NCBI GenBank assembly: GCA_028716565.1
Contig: JAQUPL010000001.1
Location: 473,476 to 537,475 of the forward strand
Direction: 5' to 3'
Origin: Candidatus Omnitrophota bacterium
Lineage (GTDB): Bacteria; Omnitrophota; Gorgyraeia; Pluralincolimonadales; Pluralincolimonadaceae
DNA length: 64,000 nucleotides
Shown: piece after piece, positions 1 through 8,731 of the stretch
Layout: each line of letters begins with the position of its first letter
Position numbering within the stretch: the stretch's first letter is position 1
Program-made: the position numbers and the translations under genes
The notes under the pieces: generated by a model
Databases searched by the model: none
Seen by the model: only the letters and a program-made list of their open reading frames with translations
What the model was told of the DNA's origin: nothing

Positions 1-2139
1 TTCTAAGACATTGTCCAGGCTGCCCCTGAAGACGGGTATTTTACCGGACCTGCAATGGTCATAGACGGTATCATCGGAGGTATCTTCCGAAGTGGCGACG
101 AGCACATTGTCTACCGCGCAGGTTTTGCAGCGCCTGTATACGTATTCAACCAGGGGCACCCCCCCCAGGAGGGACATTACCTTGCCCGGGAACCGGCTGG
201 AGCTCATCCTGGCCTGGATGATTATCGCGCTCGACCGGCCTTTATCATCCCCTATCCCGTTTTTATCTATATATCTCTTCGCCGCGAAGTCCAGTATTTC
301 CCGCGAATTGCCCGTCTTGAGGCTCATCTCCATCACATCCTGTATAAATCTTCCCAGCCTTTTATCCGCATTGAAGTCGCCGAAATGGTTGAACAGCCGC
401 CGCCATTTAGAGAAATCCCCGATCGAACTGTCGCCTTTGCTCGCCCGGATGATGGCATCTTCCATTCCGTCAAGCGTCTTGAAAATGAACTTCTGGCCGG
501 GATCGCCGTAAAACGGGTGCTTCGTCCACCCGGAACAATCCCAATGCAGCACCCTGTTCCCGTGCGCCCCCGCTACGATGCCCGCGGAATTCAGGCCGAA
601 ACAGACCGACAAATCGGTAAGTGCCGCGGCAGTCGCAGGGGATAACCGGTTATCCAGGAAAAAGACCCTGTCCGTTCCCATGAGCGACCGGAATCTGCGC
701 ACTATATCTTTACCGCCGGGCAGAGCCGAGAGGCTGTCGATATCGCCGTTCTTGCTCTTCACGACCGCTCCCCATGACGGGTTCTTTTCAAGAAGGCCCA
801 GGAGAAGCAGGTAGAAGCGCGAAAGCGACAAAGGCGTTTGATGGACATTATGCGCGGCGCTTGAGTCGAATACGGCAAATGTGAATTCGAGGTCTTTCAG
901 CCGGCCCGTTATCCCGCCCGGATCGGCTGCATCTCTGCATATCCACATCCCGGAAGGAAGCCAATAATCACATACCCCCTCCTTCACGGGAAGGAAATCG
1001 TCGAATATCCTGCCCCATTCAAAAAATACGTTGTACGGGAAAAGGTGCGACGGGGTCATCCGGAACGGATAATTGGACCAGTGGAACCCGAGCATTATGC
1101 CCCCTGCCGATCCCATGGCCGCCGCCTGCGCTTCCTGTTTCCAGGACGTGTCCTGGTGTTGGATAAGTATCTTCACCTTAAATTTATTAAAATACGCCGC
1201 ATAGCACGCATTCCAAAAAGCATATTCAAAATCGAACATTCTCAACCAAAACGGCCGGCCATCCGGCTTTACCAGGTCTTTTATAAGCGCGGCTATCGCA
1301 GGGGTGCCTATATCCGACGCTACCGCCCCCAAATGCGCGTCGGCCCACAACTCGCCCCTCTCCTCTATCTCCCCGGTTATTTCATCATTGACAGGGGTAT
1401 CTCCCCTGTCCAGGTAATAAACGATGCCGAAAAGCGATTTATCCACGTTATTTTTCCAGAATGCTAGATCGATGGCACTTTTTTGGTCGTATTCTATCCA
1501 GACCGACGGCCTTATATCGGTAATATTGGACCTGGGAGCGACAGGCATTACTCTTGCCTTCACTGCGCTCTTTACCAGGCTTAATATCGTCCTGGCGCGC
1601 TGCGCATACTCAAACATCCCGCCGGATTCCTTGATTGCAAAACCTCTTTCTTCGTAAAGGCGGCGCAGCATTTCGTTCATAGGATGCCGTTCAAATCTTA
1701 AGATATGGTCTTTATCCCTCATAAGCGCTGCTTTCGACCTGGCAATGACCGCAAATACTATTTTGCCGCGCAAGGACTCCGATATATAACACTTGATCGC
1801 GTTCTTCAACCTTAAAGGCCTGCCGTCGGCATAGGTTTTAACGGCCCTGTCGCCGCACAGGAGCATATCCTCGTTCACCTCATATGCAAGCGTCTCTCCG
1901 TCCGGGCTTTCCTTTTCCAGGGACAGGCTGACGGGAAATACGTTAAGGCCGACCCTGAACCGTTCTGCCAAAGCAAGGATAAAGCGGGCCGGGGCGGAGA
2001 CCGAACGATCTCCGTAATATATTACGCGGCCGGAAAAAGGCCGCGATAAGCCTGCCGCGACCACATCCGGGGCGCCCAATTTTTCCAGCCACAAGGTCTT
2101 GGGACCTTTTTTTTGTGCTGTTGCGCTGCCTGCGGTCAT
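1..2139 (-). CDS. Open-ended fusion ORF (>=713 codons, 3' end beyond window start). About 640 aa N-terminal domain of unknown function, possibly a glycosyltransferase-like domain. Joined in frame to the N-terminal part of a CMP-sugar cytidylyltransferase domain (SpsF/NeuA/PseF family).
   Basis: I checked the minus frame 2139 to 1 triplet by triplet for in-frame TTA/CTA/TCA on the plus strand and found none. ATG at 2139..2137 overlaps the upstream stop as ATGA. The last about 75 codons read AIIIQARMSSSRFPGKV...VATSEDTSDD...IPVFRGSLDNVLE, the classic N-terminus of the CTP_transf_3 cytidylyltransferases. The ORF is not in the supplied track because it has no stop inside the window. Confidence 0.45.
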   Translation of the reverse strand, partial: MTAGSATAQKKGPKTLWLEKLGAPDVVAAGLSRPFSGRVIYYGDRSVSAPARFILALAERFRVGLNVFPVSLSLEKESPDGETLAYEVNEDMLLCGDRAVKTYADGRPLRLKNAIKCYISESLRGKIVFAVIARSKAALMRDKDHILRFERHPMNEMLRRLYEERGFAIKESGGMFEYAQRARTILSLVKSAVKARVMPVAPRSNITDIRPSVWIEYDQKSAIDLAFWKNNVDKSLFGIVYYLDRGDTPVNDEITGEIEERGELWADAHLGAVASDIGTPAIAALIKDLVKPDGRPFWLRMFDFEYAFWNACYAAYFNKFKVKILIQHQDTSWKQEAQAAAMGSAGGIMLGFHWSNYPFRMTPSHLFPYNVFFEWGRIFDDFLPVKEGVCDYWLPSGMWICRDAADPGGITGRLKDLEFTFAVFDSSAAHNVHQTPLSLSRFYLLLLGLLEKNPSWGAVVKSKNGDIDSLSALPGGKDIVRRFRSLMGTDRVFFLDNRLSPATAAALTDLSVCFGLNSAGIVAGAHGNRVLHWDCSGWTKHPFYGDPGQKFIFKTLDGMEDAIIRASKGDSSIGDFSKWRRLFNHFGDFNADKRLGRFIQDVMEMSLKTGNSREILDFAAKRYIDKNGIGDDKGRSSAIIIQARMSSSRFPGKVMSLLGGVPLVEYVYRRCKTCAVDNVLVATSEDTSDDTVYDHCRSGKIPVFRGSLDNVLE
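159..166 (-). repeat. G8 homopolymer tract (C8 on plus strand) inside the cytidylyltransferase-domain coding sequence (codons SLLGGVPL). Candidate slipped-strand site.
   Basis: Plus strand reads cacc cccccc agg, a run of 8 C at 159..166. It lies in frame inside the 1..2139 ORF. Confidence 0.5.
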
Positions 2140-3581
2140 CTCGCGGTCCGGCCCCTCGTTTTTAAATACGTCTCTTCATAATCCTCGATGCGTTTCAAGT
2201 CGCCCTTGACCATCAACTCCCGCAATCCAAGCAGTTCGACCGTATTGAAATTTTTTGAGATATTGCAGGTGATATCCTTGGCGTCGCCCAGGCTCAGCAG
2301 GAAAAGCTGCAGGTCCCCGCCATATTGTTTAAGTATCAGGTCTTTATACGAGTAATACCATTCCGATCCCGGGTACGGCGTCGCAAAAAAAGGATTCGAC
2401 CGTATCCCTAATTTTTTCCAGGCAAGGACGTCAGCCTTGATGCTTTCAAAGGATTCATCCGGGAAACCTATGATCTGGTTCGGGATGGGCCGTATCCCCG
2501 CATCCATAGTCATCGTAACCGCCCTTGAGTTTATCCTGCTGTTTGAACCTTTGCCGGCGGACAAAAGGACCTCGTCCGAAAAAGACTCTAACCCGTAATC
2601 AAGGTGGGAGCAGCCGAGGCCCTTAAGTTTCCTGAGGATATTTTCGTTTACCATCGCGGCATGCGCGGTAGCGCCCCAGTGTATGCCGCGGCAGGATTTA
2701 AGCCATCTCCGCGAAAACTCATCGAACCAGTCTTTGTTCCTGCACAACGCGACAAAATTTTCATCATAAAATGAGACGAAGTCTATCCCGAACCTTTTTT
2801 TGGCCGATCTTACCAGGTCGACGACGTATTCCGGGCTGTGGTGCCTTACCTTACGGCGGCCGGTTATTAAGACATCGCGCCTGCCGTTCGACTCAACGGT
2901 AGACAGCTCACCACTCAACCCTAAATGAAAACAGTATTTGCACCTGAACGGGCAGCCGTAACTCGCCATGACACCGATATGGCGTTTGGCAAGCATCGAT
3001 TCTTCGCTCAAAAGCAGGCTGCTGTTCTGGAAATAGATATCTAAAGGAAAAATATCCCATGCCGGGAACGGCAGGGAATCGACGTCCTCCAAAAGCTCCC
3101 TCTCGCGGTTCAATACCAGGTCGCCGTCCGGGCTGCGATAGATTATCCCTTTTACCCGCGACCAATCGTCCTCTCCCGCGTCGACCGACTTCAGTATCTC
3201 CATCAGCGTAATATACGCCTCCCCGACGATACCTATGTCCACCTCCGGAAGGAATCCCATGACCTCATGCGGTATCGGGGTGATGAATCCCCCTCCGGCG
3301 ACGATAAGGGAGTTTTTAGCCGCCTTACGCGCGATAGAAACGGTTTTCTTGATAAAGCCGTAAGTCGTGACCAGTCCCCCGGTGGCAACCACGTCCCACC
3401 TATCCGCCCGCAATACCGCGTAGATCTCTTTATCCGACGGCCTCCAGGCATTGGCATCAAAGACCTGGACCTTGTGCCCTTCGCGCATAGCCAATGCCGC
3501 CAGCTGGGCCAGCCCGTAAGGAACATGTGCGGGCTTTCCGCTTTCGCGTATTACAGGATTAATGAACAGGACCTTGGCCAT
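2136..3581 (-). CDS. B12-binding domain radical SAM protein (cobalamin-dependent rSAM, class B-like)
   Basis: Probable start MAKVLFINPV at 3581, two nt after the upstream stop. The N-terminal region resembles a cobalamin-binding domain. CPFRCKYC gives the CxxxCxxC radical SAM cluster motif. The track ORF 2136..3731 has a 50-aa N-terminal extension that overlaps the upstream gene. Confidence 0.75.
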   Translation of the reverse strand: MAKVLFINPVIRESGKPAHVPYGLAQLAALAMREGHKVQVFDANAWRPSDKEIYAVLRADRWDVVATGGLVTTYGFIKKTVSIARKAAKNSLIVAGGGFITPIPHEVMGFLPEVDIGIVGEAYITLMEILKSVDAGEDDWSRVKGIIYRSPDGDLVLNRERELLEDVDSLPFPAWDIFPLDIYFQNSSLLLSEESMLAKRHIGVMASYGCPFRCKYCFHLGLSGELSTVESNGRRDVLITGRRKVRHHSPEYVVDLVRSAKKRFGIDFVSFYDENFVALCRNKDWFDEFSRRWLKSCRGIHWGATAHAAMVNENILRKLKGLGCSHLDYGLESFSDEVLLSAGKGSNSRINSRAVTMTMDAGIRPIPNQIIGFPDESFESIKADVLAWKKLGIRSNPFFATPYPGSEWYYSYKDLILKQYGGDLQLFLLSLGDAKDITCNISKNFNTVELLGLRELMVKGDLKRIEDYEETYLKTRGRTAR

Positions 3582-3583
3582 TT

Positions 3584-4588
3584 TCAGGACTTTCTCTTTG
3601 CGAACATATTTAAGACCTCGGACAAGCCGGAAAATATTACGCCCTTGCCGAACAGGATGCCGCCTTCGGTGCAATTGTACGTCCTGCAATTCGCCACTTT
3701 CGCCATCTCCAGGAAACTTTGCGTATACCAATAATAGGCGGGATCGGTAAAACAGGATTGTTTAAGGTGAGGGTTATGCACCTTTATCAATCCGCGCTCC
3801 GGCTCTCCCGGGAATAACTCTTTAAGCACGTCGTAATACTGCGTTTTATCTACGGTAGTGCCGGGAGGATACGAGAGGTCCATGCCCACCACGACCACCT
3901 CGGGGCTTGCCAATACGGCGTGCGAAAATACCCACGCCGACGTGCCGCAGTTGCCTCCCGTGACCATACAAGGCGTCTTGGTTATCTTATGTATCTTCCT
4001 CGAATAGCTTCCGGGATCGTCAAAATCGTCGTAAAGCGGGTTCCACCAGTAAAGCTGCATTCCGGCTTCAAGGCAGCGCCTGGTGATCTCCGGGCTCACG
4101 CTGGTCGAGATGATCACTTTTATCCCGGGTCCGTGGAGGTTTACCAGACGTATCATTTCATCGTTACGCTCGATCTCGTCCTTGTTCAGCGCCGGATCGA
4201 GGTCCTGCCTCCTGAAGTAGTCATCATCGGGCCTCTTGGAGAGGTGCGTATCCCCGAACCAGCGGATGATACGGTGCGGATGCGGGTCCACCGTAATGAC
4301 ATAATCCGGGACGATGCCGTTACGCAAACAGTGCCCCAGCGTCCCGTCCACGGCCACGATGTGCCCTTTAAAATTGCTCTCCTTAATGGCCTTCAGCGAT
4401 CTCCTGCTATGCAGGCTCGGGCCGGCAGAGATGACCAGCGCCGGTTTTGGAGGGACGGGACCGATATCCCTGATGGTCTGTTTTATATACGCGGAGTTTA
4501 ACTTCGCGTGCTTAAGGCCGATCTCCCCGGTCTTCCTTAAAGTGGCCATGGAGATCAGTTCCAATTCTTTCTTATTTAGCTTTTTCAT
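3584..4588 (-). CDS. Maf-like / DUF115 (6-hydroxymethylpterin diphosphokinase MptE-like fold) protein, a putative nonulosonic-acid glycosyltransferase-type accessory factor
   Basis: 334 aa. Motifs PALVISAGPSL...HIVAVDGTL...IVPDYVITVDPHP resemble the DUF115/MAF_flag10 core. It sits between CMP-sugar synthetase and rSAM genes. Confidence 0.45.
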   Translation of the reverse strand: MKKLNKKELELISMATLRKTGEIGLKHAKLNSAYIKQTIRDIGPVPPKPALVISAGPSLHSRRSLKAIKESNFKGHIVAVDGTLGHCLRNGIVPDYVITVDPHPHRIIRWFGDTHLSKRPDDDYFRRQDLDPALNKDEIERNDEMIRLVNLHGPGIKVIISTSVSPEITRRCLEAGMQLYWWNPLYDDFDDPGSYSRKIHKITKTPCMVTGGNCGTSAWVFSHAVLASPEVVVVGMDLSYPPGTTVDKTQYYDVLKELFPGEPERGLIKVHNPHLKQSCFTDPAYYWYTQSFLEMAKVANCRTYNCTEGGILFGKGVIFSGLSEVLNMFAKRKS

Positions 4589-4781
4589 CCGCGTCCCAGA
4601 TGAACTTGTTCGATTTCATCACAAATGCTATGCTCCCCCCGAGCTTTTCCGTCGCCTTCTCCTCGAAAATACCGGTATGGCTGCGGGCAGGTTTTTTGCC
4701 GCTCTTAGATTTTTTGGTTTTTATCTTATAATTCCCGCTCAAGAACCTGTTATTCATCGATAACGACCTCCTTTTTATCAA
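4572..4781 (-). CDS. Small lysine-rich ORF (69 aa) spanning the 160-bp gap between the NeuA-like and Maf-like genes. It may be non-coding.
   Basis: An open frame across a relatively AT-rich intergenic stretch. It has no recognisable domain and its ends overlap both flanking genes. Confidence 0.15.
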   Translation of the reverse strand: MIKRRSLSMNNRFLSGNYKIKTKKSKSGKKPARSHTGIFEEKATEKLGGSIAFVMKSNKFIWDADEKAK

Positions 4782-5484
4782 GCAAGAACTCGGCGAATAT
4801 CAGGTCGATAGGCTCATCGATATCGACCGATGAAAGATCTGACATCACATGCGCCCCGGTATTTTTCGAGATAATGACCCCTTCCTCGAAAAGGGCCTGC
4901 CTCCTTGTAGCGTAAGCAGCGCCGTTAGGGATAACTAGTTTTGGCAGGGACTGGAAGACGCCTCTTTCCCCTTCCATCTTTCCTCCCAGTAGGAGCTCGG
5001 CGCGGCCCCCGTCCTTGACCCCGAACATCCACTCCGGCCTTTCTTTCACCTGTCTCGACGTAAATGCCGACATCATCCCCTCATCCTTGAGCAGCAGGTC
5101 GACGCAGGCATCTATGTCGCAAGCGCGGCAAAACGGCGTGGTCGGCTGCATGGTCACCGCAATATCTATTTTTTTAGATTCCTGCGATTCCACGAATTCA
5201 ACGGCATGCTTTGTGACCCACTCCGAAGGACAATCTTCCGCAAGGTTTTGAGGCCTCACGAAAGGCGCTTCAGCGCCGCATTCCAAGGCTATCTTCTTGA
5301 TCTCCGGGTGGTCGGTGGAGACGATCACCCTCCTAAGGCAGTTACTTCCCAAGGCGGCCCTGATCATATAGGAGACTAAAGGCTTTCCTCCTAAAAGCGC
5401 GATGTTCTTTAGCGGTATCCTCTTCGACCCTCCGCGCGCGTGGATCACCCCGATAATGTTAAGCCCGTTGTCTTTTTTTACCAT
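4750..5484 (-). CDS. N-acylneuraminate (nonulosonate) cytidylyltransferase, CMP-sugar synthetase (NeuA/LegF/PseF family)
   Basis: 244 aa with the motif IIGVIHARGGSKRIPLKNI, the CTP_transf_3 N-terminal signature. Confidence 0.8.
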   Translation of the reverse strand: MVKKDNGLNIIGVIHARGGSKRIPLKNIALLGGKPLVSYMIRAALGSNCLRRVIVSTDHPEIKKIALECGAEAPFVRPQNLAEDCPSEWVTKHAVEFVESQESKKIDIAVTMQPTTPFCRACDIDACVDLLLKDEGMMSAFTSRQVKERPEWMFGVKDGGRAELLLGGKMEGERGVFQSLPKLVIPNGAAYATRRQALFEEGVIISKNTGAHVMSDLSSVDIDEPIDLIFAEFLLDKKEVVIDE

Positions 5485-6848
5485 TTGTACCCCAGGTCTG
5501 TTTTTACGGATCTTCCCCTTAATTCCGCTAAATTACCGAAAATCTTCTTGAACGCGGCGACCACATCCCTCATGTCATCCCTCCCGTTAGGGCGGTTGAT
5601 ATGATAGAACCATATGAATTTTTCTTTTATCAGGTCTTCCGCAACGGGACAATCGCCTCTCTTGTATTCCCTTTTGGCCTTGTACAAATGGCATGACCAT
5701 GGGCAATGGCCCTTACCGAAGGCGATCTTCCTCAGGAAAATAGGATTATCATACATGGTCTTTAAATATCCGGATCCCGCAGGTATCCCCTCGGCTTTCA
5801 GGGCCGCCAACACCTTGGCCCTTTCTACGCCGGTCTTTGCCTTGTCATAGATCAGGGGGAAGACATGGGGTATCACCCCCTCCTGAAGCTCTACGGCGCT
5901 CAAGCCCGGCAGGCCTTTTAATCCCTTGCTCAAGGAGCGGTAATTACGCAACCTTTCGGAGTTGTTCCTGTCCAATTTTTTAAGCTGGGCTATCCCCACG
6001 GCTGCGGTTAATTCCGTCATCCTGAAATTCATCCCGACAATATTGCTCAATGACCCTTCGTCCCAAGAGATATCCGGCACCGATTCGCCGTGGTTGCGTA
6101 TAAGGCGCGCCTTCCTGGCCAGCCCGGGATCATTTGTTATTACCATCCCTCCCTCGCCGGTCGTGATATTTTTCGTCTCCTGGAAACTGAAAACGCCGAG
6201 ATCGCCGATAGTCCCGACAAACCTGTTCTTATATTTTGTCCCGGGCGCCTGGGCGCAATCCTCGATGATCGCCAGGCGGTGCTTCCTGGCAATGCGCAAA
6301 ATGGCGTCCATATCGGCCGGGTTCCCCAATAGGTGCACCGCCAGGATCGCTTTTGTCCTTTTAGTTACCGCCTTCTCGACACACCTGGGATCAAGGCAAA
6401 AGTTTTTCGGGTCCACATCTACAAATACCGGTATGGAATTAAACATAAGGATGCTCAAGGCTGTGGCATTGAAAGACAGGCACGTGGTAATGACCTCATC
6501 CCCGGGCCCGATCCCGGCGGCCCCTAACGCGGTAGAAAGGCCTGAAGTGGCGGAGTTGACGGAGACGGCATACTTGACCTTGAGTTTCCCGGCGAAATCG
6601 GCCTCGAACCTCCTGACCATCTTACCCCCTAGGAAAGAAAAATACTGGCCCCGGTAATTGAGCGCGTCTTTTGACGGCATGACAAGCAGCTTCCCTATGT
6701 CCCGGGTCGGGCTGCCCATGAAACGGGAGAGCTCTTTATTCTTCATCACCTCCCTGACATAACGCCATTCGTCCCCGTCGATCACCACGGAATTATGGAA
6801 TGGCTTCTTGCGCACGGGCTTGCCGCCGGTTAACGCTAAACAAGACAT
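5478..6848 (-). CDS. DegT/DnrJ/EryC1/StrS family PLP-dependent sugar aminotransferase (long form with C-terminal extension)
   Basis: 456 aa. Motifs KVKYAVSVNSATSGL, AIIEDCAQAPG and a PLP-lysine region FSFQETKNITTGEGG. Confidence 0.8.
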   Translation of the reverse strand: MSCLALTGGKPVRKKPFHNSVVIDGDEWRYVREVMKNKELSRFMGSPTRDIGKLLVMPSKDALNYRGQYFSFLGGKMVRRFEADFAGKLKVKYAVSVNSATSGLSTALGAAGIGPGDEVITTCLSFNATALSILMFNSIPVFVDVDPKNFCLDPRCVEKAVTKRTKAILAVHLLGNPADMDAILRIARKHRLAIIEDCAQAPGTKYKNRFVGTIGDLGVFSFQETKNITTGEGGMVITNDPGLARKARLIRNHGESVPDISWDEGSLSNIVGMNFRMTELTAAVGIAQLKKLDRNNSERLRNYRSLSKGLKGLPGLSAVELQEGVIPHVFPLIYDKAKTGVERAKVLAALKAEGIPAGSGYLKTMYDNPIFLRKIAFGKGHCPWSCHLYKAKREYKRGDCPVAEDLIKEKFIWFYHINRPNGRDDMRDVVAAFKKIFGNLAELRGRSVKTDLGYKW

Positions 6849-6852
6849 GACC

Positions 6853-7707
6853 TTATTGACCTGCCTTCCTGGCGATTATGACCAGCCTGTCGGCTTTGCG
6901 GATGTCCAGTGACGTAAGCCGCAAAAATAACCAATTATATATCCTGGATACGAACCCGGTTAAGGCGGGTATCAGCCCCAGGCCGTAAGGCAACAGGTCC
7001 GCGCTGTTGATCCCCATGACCTTGACGACCCGGAAACCCGTCTTTCCCAGGCAATATCTTAAAGAATCCGCCGTGGGGATCCCCTGTACGTAATCCCCGT
7101 AACGCTCAAAACACGAATATTTATTATAGTAGCGCGACTTGCCCTGATGGCATTTAATGGCCAAAAATCCGTCCTTTTCCAGCATACCGTTTATTTTTTC
7201 CAGGCTCTCTCTCAGGTCGGTGAAATAGTAGCAGCTTTCCAATACCGAGATCAAAGAATATTTTCTCCGCATCAATTCCCCGGGGATATCGTCCGGGAAA
7301 CTGCCCGTATATACTTTCAGACCCTGTTCCCGCGCGCATTCGGCCGCCTTTTCCTGCGGCTCCAGCCCGTACGCGTCGAAGCCGAGTCCTTCCAATACAT
7401 GGCAAAACCCGCCGGTAAAAGTACCTATATCAAGCGCGGCGCCTTTGTCCCTGACTGTCTTCCCGATAAGGACGGCCGCCAGGTCCGGTCTCTGCTTTCT
7501 TGGGTCCGCGCAACAGATATCCGCCCCGGTCTCCCCAGCGCGCGAAAGATATTCCCCGCATTCATTCCCGTCTGCGCGCGGATAGGGATATAAGGTGCCG
7601 CATTCATCGCATATCCTGATATCCCTTTTCTGCCCGTCGCGCAGTCCCTGGTCCTTTTTATACAACGCGGCGCTCCGGTGATGGCAGAACGGGCAGTCGT
7701 AAAGCAT
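6853..7707 (-). CDS. Class I SAM-dependent methyltransferase with N-terminal Cys4 zinc-ribbon
   Basis: 284 aa. CPFCHH...CDECG zinc ribbon. LDIGTFTGGF glycine-rich SAM motif. Confidence 0.65.
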   Translation of the reverse strand: MLYDCPFCHHRSAALYKKDQGLRDGQKRDIRICDECGTLYPYPRADGNECGEYLSRAGETGADICCADPRKQRPDLAAVLIGKTVRDKGAALDIGTFTGGFCHVLEGLGFDAYGLEPQEKAAECAREQGLKVYTGSFPDDIPGELMRRKYSLISVLESCYYFTDLRESLEKINGMLEKDGFLAIKCHQGKSRYYNKYSCFERYGDYVQGIPTADSLRYCLGKTGFRVVKVMGINSADLLPYGLGLIPALTGFVSRIYNWLFLRLTSLDIRKADRLVIIARKAGQ

Positions 7708-7708
7708 G

Positions 7709-8701
7709 TTAGAACTTTATTGAAACCGGCCTTGACCCGTTACTTGCGGAAGCCAACAGAGCCTGGCTCATGCTGAGGGCAATCAACCCGTCCTCGCCGG
7801 AACAGTTGACCGACCGTTTCCTGTGCATCAGGACTTTAGCGATATCGTCAACCGCTTCGATAAAGCGGTCTTTACGGGGCAACGGCCTTGCCGGGGCCGG
7901 CGTCAACTCCATATATCCCGAGTACCTGCGGCTCTTCCTGAAGACCGATAGATCCAGTTTTCCGCCGTTCTCCGTGATCTTCACTCTCCCTTTGTCGCCG
8001 ATTATGTCGACTTCGAAGACGAGGTTTTCCCGTTTGTTCAATACGTTGATCGTGCAGGGGATCTTCCCGTTAAAGATCATCCAACCCGAGACACCGGGAT
8101 CTTGCTTACCCGGATCGAAAGAGACGCCGGAGACGGTTTCAGGATCCGCGGATATAAGGAAACGGACAATATCAAAAAGGTGCGTCCCGATATTGAATAC
8201 CTGCGCGGGATATAAACAGTTCACTGCGGTCACTTTCCCGATCCTGCCGCCATCTATGGCCTTTTTGGCGGCCAAATAACCGGATTCCCACCTTCTCGTA
8301 TGATTTACCGCGAGCAGGATCCCTTTTTTACGGCACAAGTTTACCATTTCCCGGGCTTCCCGTAACGAAGAGGCAACCGGTTTTTCGCAAAATACCGCTT
8401 TTACCCCGGAACGCGACAGTTCTTTCAATATAGGATAATGGGTAGCGGTAGGCGTGCATATGGAGACGATCTCCGGCGAGGTTTTCCTCATCAGCTCACT
8501 TACGCTGCCGAAGACAGGGACCTTCTTGTGCCGTTCCTTAAAAAGCCTTACGGTCCCGGGATCGATCTCCACCGCGCCCGCAAGCCTTGTATATCCCGAT
8601 TTTTCATAAGCGGCGACATGGCTCCAAACCCCTTTCCTGAGAGGATCGAGGCTGAACCGGAAACCTATGTTCCCTAAACCGATAACCGCGCTTGTGTACA
8701 T
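7709..8701 (-). CDS. Gfo/Idh/MocA family NAD(P)-dependent oxidoreductase
   Basis: 330 aa. N-terminal Rossmann motif SAVIGLGNIGFRF. EKP motif CEKPVASS typical of the family. Confidence 0.8.
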   Translation of the reverse strand: MYTSAVIGLGNIGFRFSLDPLRKGVWSHVAAYEKSGYTRLAGAVEIDPGTVRLFKERHKKVPVFGSVSELMRKTSPEIVSICTPTATHYPILKELSRSGVKAVFCEKPVASSLREAREMVNLCRKKGILLAVNHTRRWESGYLAAKKAIDGGRIGKVTAVNCLYPAQVFNIGTHLFDIVRFLISADPETVSGVSFDPGKQDPGVSGWMIFNGKIPCTINVLNKRENLVFEVDIIGDKGRVKITENGGKLDLSVFRKSRRYSGYMELTPAPARPLPRKDRFIEAVDDIAKVLMHRKRSVNCSGEDGLIALSMSQALLASASNGSRPVSIKF

Positions 8702-8731
8702 TGTTTTGCTTTAACGCCCTTTTCTCTGGTC

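Noticed and set aside
55-645. 196-aa plus-strand ORF, and similar long plus-strand ORFs (for example 5962..6657, 25909..26630, 30024..30833, 43226..44002, 49941..50672, 59670..60362, 61884..62762).
   Set aside because: Each lies entirely antisense to a minus-strand gene with clear family motifs. Their Arg/Pro/Gly-rich, low-complexity translations are typical of GC-rich antisense frames. They have no motifs or RBSs.
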